Shown here: in pieces, positions 51,720 to 64,000 of the stretch
Position numbering within the stretch: the first letter of the stretch is position 1
Layout of the letters: each line of letters begins with the position of its first letter
Origin: the human T2T-CHM13v2.0 reference genome, Homo sapiens
Strand: one strand, 5' to 3'
Length of the DNA: 64,000 nucleotides
Assembly (NCBI RefSeq): GCF_009914755.1
Contig: NC_060947.1
Program-made: the position numbers and the translations under genes
The notes under the pieces: generated by a model
What the model was told of the DNA's origin: nothing
Databases searched by the model: none
The model's input: the letters and a program-made list of their open reading frames with translations, nothing else

Positions 51720-53050
51720 TGCATCGAAGTATAATATCCACACAGAAAAGTACACAAAGCTGTACAGCTGAATGAATTTTCACAAATTAAATGCACTCAT
51801 TTATCTGCCACCCAGATGGGGAAATAAAACATGGCTGGGCACGGTGGCTCATGCCTGTAATACCAGCACTTTGCAAGGCCAAGATGGGAGTATCACTTGA
51901 GCCCAGGAGTTCAAGACTAGCCTGGGCAACACAGTGAGACCCCATCTCTACAAAAGATTTTAAAACTAGCCATCGTGGTGGTGTGTACCTGTAGTTTCAG
52001 CTACTTAGGAGGCTGAGGTGGCAGGATCACTTGAGCCCAGGAGGTTGAGGCTGCAGGAGCTTTGGTCATGCCACTGAGAACTACCTAAAAAAAAAAAAGA
52101 AAATATTACCAACACCCAAGAACCCCTCCTTCTTCTCCCTGCCAGTAACTGACCTCCCTCACCCAAGGTATCAGTTTTGCCAGTTTTTGAGCTTCCTATG
52201 AATAGACTCCTACAGTGTAGTCATTTGAGACTGAATTGTTTTGCTCATCAGTAGGATTTTGCCATCCATCCATCCTGTTGCATGTAGTAATTCATTAATT
52301 TTCACTTCTGTGTCATGCATTGTGTGAATATGCCACATTTTTTATTCTGCTCTTGATATATATTTGGGTTGTTTCCAGTTTTTACCTACCATAAAAATGC
52401 TGATATGAGCCTTTTTATTTATCATTTGGCATGCATCTGTGTACACTTTTGCTAAGTATATACCTAGTGTGGGTTTGCTAGGTCATGGGTATGTGTACGT
52501 TCAGCTATAATATCTGCTGCCAAAGTGGTTGTTCAAATTCACACTCCCACCAGCAGCATAAGAGATAATCTATTTGCTCCATTTCCTTACCAACATTTAG
52601 TATTTTCAATTTTTGGACAGTCTTTTTAAGTTTAATTATTCTGGTAGATAATAGTGATTGTAATTTCAGTTTGCATTTCCGTGATAACTAATGAGGTTGA
52701 GAACCTTTTAAAAGTTTATTTGCCATCTGGATAGCCTTACTTGTGAAGTATCTCTTTAAGTTTTTTTGCCCAGCTTTTAATTGGGTTGTCTTTTTCTAAT
52801 TAATTTGTAAGAGTTTATTATATATTGTAGATGTAAGTCCTTTGTTGTCTATGTGCAATTGCAAATATCTTCTCCTGTCCCATGGATTGCCTTTTTATTC
52901 TCTTAATTGTCTCTTTTGATAACCAGAAGTTCTAGTTTCATTTTTCAGTCTCTTCCTTTATGGTTAATGGCTTTTGTGTCTTATTTAAAATATCTTTGCC
53001 TGCCCCAAGGTCATAAATATATTCTCCTCTGTTTTCTTCCAGAAGCTTAA
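51720..53050 (-). mobile_element. L1ME/MD 3' region with AluJ (51833-52102, plus)
   Basis: TTGGGTTGTTTCCAGTT, CACTCCCACCAGCAG and TTGCAAATATCTTCTCC motifs. Confidence 0.7.
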
Positions 53051-54110
53051 TGAGCATATTGGTATAGAAAAACATTTATAGCCTACCTTGTTCCATGTAG
53101 AATTTGAGGCGATTGAGATGAATAGTTAGCAAAACGGTCTTCCTTTTAGAAGAAGATAACTCTTGACAAAAAATTGGGTATTCTCCCTTCTAGGCCATGC
53201 ACTAAAGAAACATGACATATTTAATCTCATAGTCTCTAAAGAATTCATATGTCTGTCCTACCCTTTTTAGTTGGGTATGTTTCAGTTGGAAGCAGGCCTC
53301 TAACAGCAATTCCCAAAATTTTAGTTTCAATTAGTATTTGAGGTTTCTGCATTTTTCCTCAAATATTTGTTCCCTTTGGCTTTAAAAACTCCATATAGTA
53401 GAAAAATTAAAATGTGCAAATGTGTGTCGTTGTTATTAGCTTTATTCAGGTTCATTATTTGGAATCAGGCTTTTGGAAGAATGCTTATTAGGAGGCAGTA
53501 TTCTCTACATTTATAGGGTGGACTATGCCTGTATATATTTTATGTTTATTCATTGGAATATGTTTGTGTTTGTAAATCCTTCCATATATGTGATGACTCT
53601 AGAGTAAAGAAACTGGCTCTAGAAGCCTTCCGGAGAAATGATTTTCATTATTTTATGATGACATACGTGTGTTTATTTCTTTTTTTAGATGGACCACCTT
53701 GTTCTTTAAAATTGCCACAGAATAATAATCCAGATTTTTCTCTTGGTTAAATTTTCTGAGGCCTCATACAGTATTTAAACCACCAATAATAACTTGTTGG
53801 CATGAAAAAAATTTATTTTTTTCTCTGGTTTCCTTGCCTTGAGCCCTTGGATGTCAGGAAGGGTGAGGGGAAATATCAGTCTGCTTGGGCTTAGATTTAT
53901 GGTTGCTATTGTTTATGGTTGGGAAATGGATTGAGTGTGCATAGCTCCATGGCCTCTTGGCTTTAACTCATTTGCATAAATAGTGAAAATAATAAGGAAT
54001 ATAAAAACAATAACAATGACGTTATTGAGCATCTATTTTTACTGTACACTAAGCCAAACACTTTCTGTTTTTTTCTATATAATTGTTATAATAGTCCTAC
54101 AAATTTGGCA

Positions 54111-54548
54111 TTTTTTCCCTTCAACTTTTAAGTTCAGGGGTACATGTGCAGGATGTATAGGTTTGTTACATAAATAAACGTGTGCCATGGTCGTTTGCTG
54201 CACAAATCATCCCATCACCAAGCTGTTAAGCCTAGCATGCATTAGCTATTCTTCCTGATGCTCTCCCTCCCCTCACTGACAGGCAGCAGTGTGTGTTGTT
54301 CCCCCTACCATGTGTTCATGTGTTTTCATCATTCAGCTCCCACTTATAAGTGAGAACATGCAGGTTTTGGTTTTCTGTTCCTGCGTTAGTTTGCTGAGGA
54401 TAATGGCTTCCAACTCCATCCATGTCCCTGCAAAGGACATGATCTCATTTTTTTTTGGCTGCCTAGTATTCCATGGTGAATATGTACCACATTTTCTTTA
54501 TCCAGTCTATCATTGATGGGCATTTAGGTTAATTCCATGTCTTTGCTA
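54111..54548 (-). mobile_element. 5'-truncated L1PA 3' end
   Basis: TTTTAAGTTCAGGGGTACATGTGCAGG...CCCACTTATAAGTGAGAACATG...CCCTGCAAAGGACATGATCTC. Confidence 0.88.
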
Positions 54549-54625
54549 GATATTATTTTTATCATATTTAATGATTGTTATCCTTACATTTTAGCTAAGA
54601 AAACTGAACCTTATATAAAGTAAGT

Positions 54626-55186
<561 letters not shown>

Positions 55187-55201
55187 TTATTAGAATGAAT
55201 G

Positions 55202-55497
<296 letters not shown>

Positions 55498-55723
55498 ATT
55501 TTTTTAAAAATTAGAATGTTGGGAACCAGGATCCATGAGGGTGAATAAAGAATATTGTAAGCAGTCAGTGAGTTAACAGCACATGACAAAACTAAATTTG
55601 TAAAACCATTTGCTTTCTAGAAAGGAATCTGCCATACCTCCCAGAGGGCATTTAGCCATCCATTCAGTGCCTGAAATCTGTCATTTGTTGATTGTTATCA
55701 TTGTCTTTCTGTTGCTTTTCTAG

Positions 55724-55914
55724 GATTATAGCTGAGAAGGTAAAGGACGTTCTGTTTATCCGACCCCGGAAGTATATTCACTGCTCCAGCCCAGACACCA
55801 CAGAGCCTGGCTACATCAACATCATGGAGTTGGCAGCATCTGTTTGCCGCTATGACCTAGATGACATGGACATCTTCTGGCTTCAGGAACTCAATGAAGA
55901 CCTTGCAGAAATGG
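55724..55914 (+). CDS. JADE3: JADE3 coding exon (IIAEKVKDVLFIRPRKY...CRYDLDDMDIFWLQELNEDLAEM), EPC/EPL1-like region
   Basis: ttttctAG acceptor, G|GTAAGT donor, 191 nt, phase 2 to 1; YDLDxxDxxWL motif of the Enhancer-of-polycomb-like domain. Confidence 0.97.
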
Positions 55915-56782
55915 GTAAGTTCTTTTCTCACAAGTAAGTTGTGACTTAATTCATGTTTTTTTTTTAAGTTATCAGAACCCTTTAGCTTGTTTTTATTTTT
56001 GTTGCCTCCTTTCTTTTCTGGCCTTTTCATTTATTTTTCTCATTGATTTTATCTTATTTCAGTGAGATATTTCTTCAAATGCATACATAGAAATAAAGCA
56101 ATAATATTTAAATATGACCTTTTCTTTCCTCATTCATAGTTAATGGCACAGATCAAGGATAGCATATAGGTCTCATGAAGTTGTTTCCCAATTCAGGAAG
56201 TTTGAGAATGGCCATAGCTGATTGGCCATAGCTGATTGGACTTCTGGTTGAGAATTCTGAGGCAGGTTCCTGGCCTGAAAAGCAGTGTGATCAGTGAGCA
56301 GGGCCAGAGGTAGAGGCCCCTCTGGCAGGGGCTTGGAGAGAATCTCCAACTTCAGTATTGAGCAGCACCACTGCAACTGACAGATTGCTGTGACAGTACC
56401 CCTTAATGCAGGACTTGCTACCTGGAAGAAAAGTTGCAGGCCTAGAGCAAAACATTCACAAAGCAGTTCTTAGCTACTTCCACGGAGTTCTAGAGTTGTC
56501 ATACAATATTCAAAAGATAAAATGAAACAAAAACAAGCAAATAAATTTATGTTTACATATGGAAGTAAACATAATTAATAATTTTAAAGTAAATGTGTGC
56601 CATACAATACCATACCAACAATACTGAGAAATGCTAGGCTGAAAGATAACTCATTTTATACTTACACACAGTTCTTGTTCATCTGTTTTCAGTCTAAGCA
56701 GTGTTCACGTCCAAGTTTTCCTGTAGATCTGTGGGTAGTTTTTAAGACTCCGTATAAGATATGGTGAAGGATACATTTGATC

Positions 56783-56832
56783 TCATTTTTGTTTGAATCA
56801 CATTTTATTTCATTTTTGTTTGAATCACATTT
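56783..56832. repeat. 27-bp-period tandem duplication
   Basis: TCATTTTTGTTTGAATCACATTT x2. Confidence 0.85.
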
Positions 56833-57299
56833 GTTCATTGTTAGTATAAGGATCAGTGGTTTTTCTTTTCTTCCCGCCCTCCCTTTTTCCTTTCTTTCTT
56901 TTGAGGCTAGTATCTGAATGCACATGAATAAAAAACTGAAATTATATTAAAGCAGTTTGGCATGGGAATGATAGTTACTCTGCCAGTAACCAATCCTTAT
57001 TCCTTGATTTTTAAAGCTTTTTGTTTTATGTCTTTTCTTGCTCTGCCCCCTAAGAGGAGAGGGGAGTGGTAAATTTAGGGTGGCAACCACAAAGAGAAGG
57101 GAATGAAAGACTGACAGAGAAGTAAAATCAGAATATGAGGACATAATCAAATGGATTCATGGCTCAATGTGCGCTTGTGTTCATAATGCATATAATATCC
57201 ATAGCTATCACAATCATTGCAAGGCTGCCTTTGGCATGAAACTACCTTATTATGAGGTTCCTTTGGTATTTTGTAATTAATTCTCCTTGGGTGAGTTTT

Positions 57300-57560
57300 T
57301 TAAATAAACTTTTTATTTTGGAATAGTTTGATTTACAGAAAAGTTGCAGTTAGTACAGGGAGTTCTCATATACACCTCACAGTTTCAGTTCCCCTAATGT
57401 TAACATCTTACTTTACCATGGTACATATGTCAAAACTACAAAACCAATACTGGTACATTACTGTTAACTTCAGACTTTATTGGGATTTCAAGGTTTTTTT
57501 TTCCACTTACAACCTTTTTCTGTTCCAGGATCCCATCAAGTATACCACATTGCATTTAGG
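57300..57560 (-). mobile_element. L1MC 3' end
   Basis: TTTACAGAAAAGTTGCA...TTTTTCTGTTCCAGGATCCCATC. Confidence 0.7.
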
Positions 57561-58891
57561 CTTGTAAGAATTTTAAAAGAGGATTGCAGTATCTCAAGCT
57601 TTTCTTTAGGGTGAATGATATTGCAGTGAGGTGTCTAAGAGCTTAAAGTAAACTTTTTAAAAACAATATTAAGCGTATTATGAATTAAGAACTTTTTAAG
57701 TTGAGTGCTGACTACATATTAAGCACCATACTAAGCAATGTACCAATATTACTTCATCTCAGCTTCACAACAAATCAGTGGGTTTCTTATTATTATACTA
57801 ATTTCATAGATAAGAACACTAAGCCCTAAAGAGGATAAATAACGTGTCAAAGTTTACATAGCTAATATGAGGTAAGGTTGGAATTTTAATCCAAGTTTTC
57901 TTGTAACCAGACACTATATTCCTTTACTCCAAAAAAAAAATGTGTAACTTGTCTTGGCTGGAAAAATGAAACATAAGGCCTGGGCAGTTTTTGGTTTCAT
58001 AAGTAGCCACACCTTAAAATGGTAGTTTATGTGGAATTCTAAAGTTTCTTAGGACATCTTATATTACAAATGAAGTGGAATACTTGGGTACATTTGTTTT
58101 GGATCATCTTGAGGATTATTCCGGAGTTTACAAGTTGTTAGAATAAATACATAAGTGCTGTCACAAAATTTGATTAATAAGTGTGGAAGGCTAAGATAAA
58201 GTTATAGCTGAGAAAAGGAATCAGGAAGCAAAGAAGGTAATTCCAGAATTGAAGTTAGACCTTTGTGAATATTAACAGGTTTATATGTTGTTATAGTTTG
58301 CCATTGAAAAATATTATTAGATTTTTTAAAAGTCATATTTGAAAAACAAAATATTTTATATGTGTAATCACCTACACATGGGACCTAGAATTTTCTTTTA
58401 TGGGCTTCATACATTTTTATATGAAAATTTCCTTGTATAATCATTAGATATGCTCATTGAAGCTAACTTGCTAAGAATGAATTATTATATCCAAATAGTT
58501 ATGTGATTTTAATTACTATGCTACAAATTATCGTGTCCAGAATTATAAAGCTTGGTGAAAGTCCTCCTACAGTGAGAATAAGAGAAAATATAGAGATTTA
58601 AGAGGAGACTGGCAAGGATTTGGACAAGAAATCGAAAGGGTCAGTAATATATCTTCTAAGGAACATGGTGAAATATACATCTCCTTTCATGTGTCAAACA
58701 CTAATATATGATTATAGGTAAATGTTAGAGTAGCACTAGCAAAAGATTTTTTGAAATCTGGTTGTTTTAGAGCAGGAAAGAGATGTTTTTATCCTTTAGA
58801 ATCCTACCCACTCCTGCACTGGGCTCACAGTAGGTGTTTTGGGAATGACAGCTGACTGATGGGTTGATTGATTGTTTGTATTTCTGTGCAG

Positions 58892-59103
58892 GTTGTGGGC
58901 CAGTTGATGAGAATCTTATGGAAAAGACAGTAGAAGTCCTGGAACGCCATTGCCATGAAAATATGAACCATGCTATTGAGACAGAGGAAGGGCTAGGCAT
59001 AGAGTATGATGAAGATGTGATCTGTGATGTGTGCCGGTCTCCAGACAGTGAAGAAGGGAATGATATGGTGTTCTGTGATAAGTGTAACGTCTGTGTGCAT
59101 CAG
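58892..59103 (+). CDS. JADE3: JADE3 coding exon ([12 protein letters not shown]...[34 protein letters not shown]), start of PHD finger 1
   Basis: tttctgtgcAG acceptor, CAG|GTTAGT donor, 212 nt, phase 1 to 0; CxxC...CxxC...H zinc ligands. Confidence 0.97.
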
Positions 59104-60830
59104 GTTAGTGAGAGTGGAGACCGTCATCTCCCTACGGTCAGCCTTTCTGAAGCTCAGTGATGATCTCCAGCACGCATATCTGGGTAGCAGCTTGCATTTA
59201 AGGGTGAAAATAAAGATTTGGCCTGGTTGTTCTTCAGTATTTCCTCTAGAAACAATGCTTCTTATGACCCCCAAGATGACTTGCTGACTAACTTTACCCC
59301 ATGGGGCTAAACCCAGGTCTTTATTGTGTCACTTTATGCCCAGACCATTGGGATTGCCTTGTTCAGCTTGCCCCTAGGCCCCTGCCCCAGGGGGATCTCA
59401 TTGCTGCCTGTCTGAGGTCTCTCCTCTTCCTTCAAATCTCCATGGCCTCATGAGGTTACACCCATGGTCAGTAACCTTGGTGAGTTTACACTTCCTACAA
59501 ATAGAAGTCCAGACTCCTTATCCTGGCACTTGTAACCCTCCCCCATCCCCTAAACATGCCACTCCTAAGAATGTCCACCCCACTTTTAAAGATCACAGAA
59601 TTTTAGGACTGCAAAAGACTGTCTAACTCCTCAATTTTACACAAATACCGGGAGAGGTGAAGTGACTTTACCCAAGCTGGTTATTTGTCATTCTTTCTAC
59701 TATACTGCCTTTTTAATTAATAATGATGATTATGATATCAACCCTCCTTTCAGCTCTTTCCATTTTTTCCCCCACAAGCACTGTGTTCCAACAAAATAAG
59801 GTTACTCAAGGTGCAGTGATGAATATTCCTGACACTGTCCTATCTCCCATGTTTCAGCCACACTCCAATTTGTAAATGCCTCCTCCTATGTCCCAGCTAT
59901 CAAAAATCTATATATTTTTCAAGGTCTAGTTCAAATCCTTTCTTGAACTCCCTTACCCTAAGTGATTTTTCATTCTTCTGAACCTGTTGTATATTTCATT
60001 CATTTTGTTAATTTGTCTAGCAAATAGGTACAGTACTCCGTGGGCCAGGATTGTGATGCATGCTGAGGACACAGTCAGTGATGAAGAGGCAGACATGGTC
60101 TGTGCCCCCAGGGAGATCATAGTCTGGTGAAAGAAATATAAGGAAACTGCCAATTTAGCATCATATGCCAAGTGTTTTTATAGATATAAGTCCAAGCTGC
60201 TGTGGAAATGCATCTGTGAGAAACGAGGGTCAGGGACAACTTCCAGGAGGTAGCACCCAAGCTAAATCTTAATGTCCAAAAGGAGATGTCAAGTAAACCA
60301 GCAATGTGTGTTCAGGCAGAGAGGAGAAATGTTCAGACAGGGTAGTGAAAGCAGGCAAAATATGTCAGAGGCAACTGAAGCCTTCAGAAACTGTAAAGTG
60401 GCAGAGTAGAGTAGGGAAGGCATGGAAAGTGAGGGTAGAGAGGGATACAAGAGACGTGTGTAAAGGACCGTCTGACAAACTAAGGAACTTCAGTTCTGTC
60501 CTGTCAACCCTGGAGGATATGATATGTATTTTAGAAAGATCATTCTGGCTACAAAATGACTAAAGTAATTAGAATAGATAACATAGCAGATAGAAACCAG
60601 GGCTTAAGATTATTTTAATTCCCTGGGCCTCTTAACCTAACCACCCTGTATGTAAAAGGTACTCAGAATTATTCTGTGACCAATTGGGTCTTTTTCTTCA
60701 TTTACCTTTAACAAAGTGAATTTTGAAAATTTGTCTTCACTTTACCAATTATTGGCATTTATATCAGACTTTAAGTGAGAGCAGAAAATCTTTACCATTT
60801 AACTATGAACTTAAGTATTATATCTCACAA

Positions 60831-61165
60831 TACAAGCCCAGAGTCCTTTCTCTGCAATTCCAAAATTATAAAGTTCTGAAAAACGCATGTTTTTGCTGAA
60901 GTTTCACACCAGAACTGATTTGAGGACAATACCACAACCCACCCAGTATGAGGCCATTTGTAGTCCTTATCCATTTTGTTTAAATACTCATATATTTTGT
61001 TAGAGAACTATTAATGTGTTTGGTTATATGGTATTGCCCCTGGTCCCACTGGGGGCTTAGGTCATATACTATATATATATATATACTTTCCTAAGATCTG
61101 AGCAATTCTGAATTTCCTAATTTTTCTTACCCTAGAGGTTTCAGATAAATGATTGTGGATCTGTA
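60831..61165. mobile_element. MER46C-like TcMar-Tigger element
   Basis: Ends GTTTCAGATAAATGATTGTGGATCTG followed by TA. Confidence 0.6.
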
Positions 61166-61768
61166 GTAGGCTTAAAAGGAATAGCATAAAGGTCATCTGT
61201 ATATATTTCCTATGTTTGTCCTTTACAGTTGGGACAAAATAGTAAGTATTCTCAGGTTCTTTAACAAACTCAAATGTAGCATAATTATCTCCAATGCTAT
61301 TTATTAGTCTTAAAAACGATTCCGGTAATGAATATAAATGATACCCCTTTCTCACATAGAAAGAGATGAGATGGCAATAACTGACCAGACCTTGCAGTAT
61401 GTAAACTGGTATGTATTAAAGCTGGGACATTGGTACCCTATAAAGTTTCACATAAGAGATTCTTCCAAAGTGAGTATATTTACTTGGATTCTAAAGAGAT
61501 ACTTGGCTTAGAGCTCCCTCTGTTGGCTGAAAAGTGACTTAAAATACCTTGGAAGATTTGGTTTACTCCCTAACAGAATGGGGACATGTTGACATCTGAA
61601 TTTATTAAACATGATTTTTCTTCTTTAGTGACACCATATTACATTTCAGTGTTTGTTCCTCAGTGACAAAAAATACACTTATGTGTACTTTAGAAGAGAT
61701 GTGTACATAAGTAGCCTTTAGATTTTAACAATGAATTTAACATTTTTTCTTTAAAAAATGTGAAAGTT

Positions 61769-62081
<313 letters not shown>

Positions 62082-62593
62082 CTAAATCCTTTTACATGTA
62101 TCTATGATCTTATGACTGTGAGTAAGTCCACAAAAGGGCTCAGTAAATGATGTTCTGCCCTATAGACTGGCCAGGAGCTAAAGGATATTCCAAGAGCCAG
62201 TCACTGACCTGACCTCTCTTCTGCCAGTCTGAAAGAGACTCTATTTTAGGGAGGAAGCTTGCTTTCATTTCCTAGCAAACATTCTGGGCCTCAGACAAAG
62301 AGCTTTAAAGGTTAGAAACCTTATAAAATGATGCCTTGCTCTTGTGAGAGGAGCCTACCTAGAGTCCAGCTTCAGTTCTTGAGCTAAATACATTTGTTTT
62401 ATCCAACCACCTACTCAAGCTCAGCATAGGGGGCATTCCAGGTAAATTGATGATAACAGCTCTACCTCTAGTGACTTTAAAATCTCATTGAGTTCTGTAG
62501 GCCAGGGTTAATTAAAAGAAAAAAAAATACTAAAAATGTCACTGAGGAGAAGAAACACAACAGCAAATGTAGAGAAAAAGAATACATGATGCT

Positions 62594-62889
62594 GGCCGGG
62601 TGCTGTGACTCACACCTGTAATTCCAGCACTTTGGGAGACCAAAGTGTGGATCACTTGAGCCCAGGATTTTGAGAGTAGCCTGGGCAGTATTGCAAAACC
62701 TCGTCTCTACAAAAATTAGCTGGGCAGAGTGGCACATGCCTGTGCTCCTAGGTACTCGGGAGGCTAAGGTAGGACGATTGCTTGAGCCCAGGAGGTTGAG
62801 GCTACAGTGAGCCAAGATCATGCCACAGCATTCCAGCCTGGGTGACAGAGCAAGACCCTGTCTCAAAAAAAATAATAATAAAATTAAAG
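62594..62889 (+). mobile_element. AluJ
   Basis: Dimer; TSD AAGAA(T/C)ACATGATGCT. Confidence 0.9.
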
Positions 62890-63231
62890 AACACATGATG
62901 CTGACTATGTACTTGGTGAGGGAAATTGCATGGAGTGGAGGATGGGAGTCAGGCAGTGGGACAAACGCAAGGGGCTACAGTGACCTGAGCAGGATTTTTG
63001 GAGGGGCCTGGAGTTTGAACCGGGTCTGGAAGGGTGAGAAAGGTCCAACTATGCAAACAACAGTTGACCATGTAGAGCAGGGAAGCTGCTTAGACACATG
63101 GATGTGAAAATAAGAATGACCAGTTATGGAGAAAACCAGGAGGCCTGCCTGTCCAAGTCAGAAGCCCTGTGTTTGGGTATAGTGGGGCATGAGATCAGAT
63201 AGTGAAGTACAAGGAACAACAGGCTTTAGAT

Positions 63232-63406
63232 AAGGAACCGGCAAACTTTTTCTTTAAGGATCCGCTGTAAATATTTCAGTCTTTATAGCCACATACAGTC
63301 TCTGTTACATGTTCTTCTTCTTCTCTTTACAACCCTTTAAAAATGTGAAAACCATTCTTAGCTTGTTGGCTTTATAAAACAGACCTTGGAAAATAGCCAA
63401 CCCCTA
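63232..63406. mobile_element. MER58A-like element inside purine-rich L2-like sequence
   Basis: GGCAAACTTTTTCTTTAAGG...CCCTTTAAAAATGTGAAAACCATTCTTAGC. Confidence 0.65.
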
Positions 63407-64000
63407 GTTTGGATAGTGGGGAGCAGGTAAGAGCAGAAGGAATATCTAAAGGGCTTGCCACTGTACAATGGTATGAATTCTTTTAGTGAGGAGAATCTGG
63501 CAGTCAAGTAGAAGAAGGGTTGAAGGCGTGCAGGGGGAAAAAGAAAATGTAGAAATTAATCAATCCAGGCATGGCATAATGAGAACTTGGATAGAGCAAG
63601 TGGTGAGGACGGAGAGGAACGTCAGAGTCTTGGGGCCACTGTAGGGAGAATAGCAAGTACCAGGTCAGCAGATGAAAGAAAGTGAGTAATACAAGTCTAG
63701 GAATTTGGATCTGGAAGATAGGAAGTATGGTGGTGACACGGAAAGAAGGAGCTTGGAAAAGGACCAGGTTGTGGGGGGACCGATATTATGGTAACTGTTA
63801 TAACTTGAATCTGAGTTGAGGGTGAATCTCCTGAGGCAGACAGAAATTTTGAAGCTGCCATATTGAATCAGTTAGTCTCTAATAGAGTAGAGCAGTAAGG
63901 AGGAAATGATGGGCAAAATTGGGGATAGCAAAAAGGGAGTCTAGAATGTTTCCCAAACTAATCTCCAGTTTCTCACAGTAATTATTTGTCCAACTTCATT

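Noticed and set aside
59119-59139. Small hairpin GACCGT/ACGGTC after the exon 6 donor
   Set aside because: A 6-bp stem is within chance expectation

Overview
Primate (almost certainly human, Xp11.3) genomic DNA lying wholly inside the JADE3 (PHF16) gene on the + strand. Five coding exons can be read with canonical AG/GT boundaries and consistent phases (15893-15938, 16711-16790, 29124-29281, 55724-55914, 58892-59103). They encode residues 1-229, from MKRHRPVSSSDSSDES through the EPC/EPL1-like region to the first half of PHD finger 1. The promoter/first exon and the remaining 3' exons lie outside the window. The rest is intron, dense in repeats: about 40 Alu copies or fragments, old L1M/L2/MIR pieces, MaLR LTRs, MER DNA transposons, a Tigger fragment and a near full-length HSMAR2 mariner. 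Almost all other ORFs in the track are repeat-derived noise. I see no new gene system. The most notable observations are: (1) an Alu-L1 spacer-Alu block (124-830) copied in inverted orientation into a MER58 element about 2.4 kb away; (2) a tandem CCAGGATG acceptor at exon 2 that includes or excludes an overlapping uORF; (3) an MST LTR just after exon 3 offering an in-frame GTAAGT donor (+57 aa) and sense polyA signals; (4) a 13-nt ghost Alu with intact target-site duplication; (5) a strong CTCF motif. Repeat subfamily names come from recalled consensus sequences and repeat boundaries are approximate.
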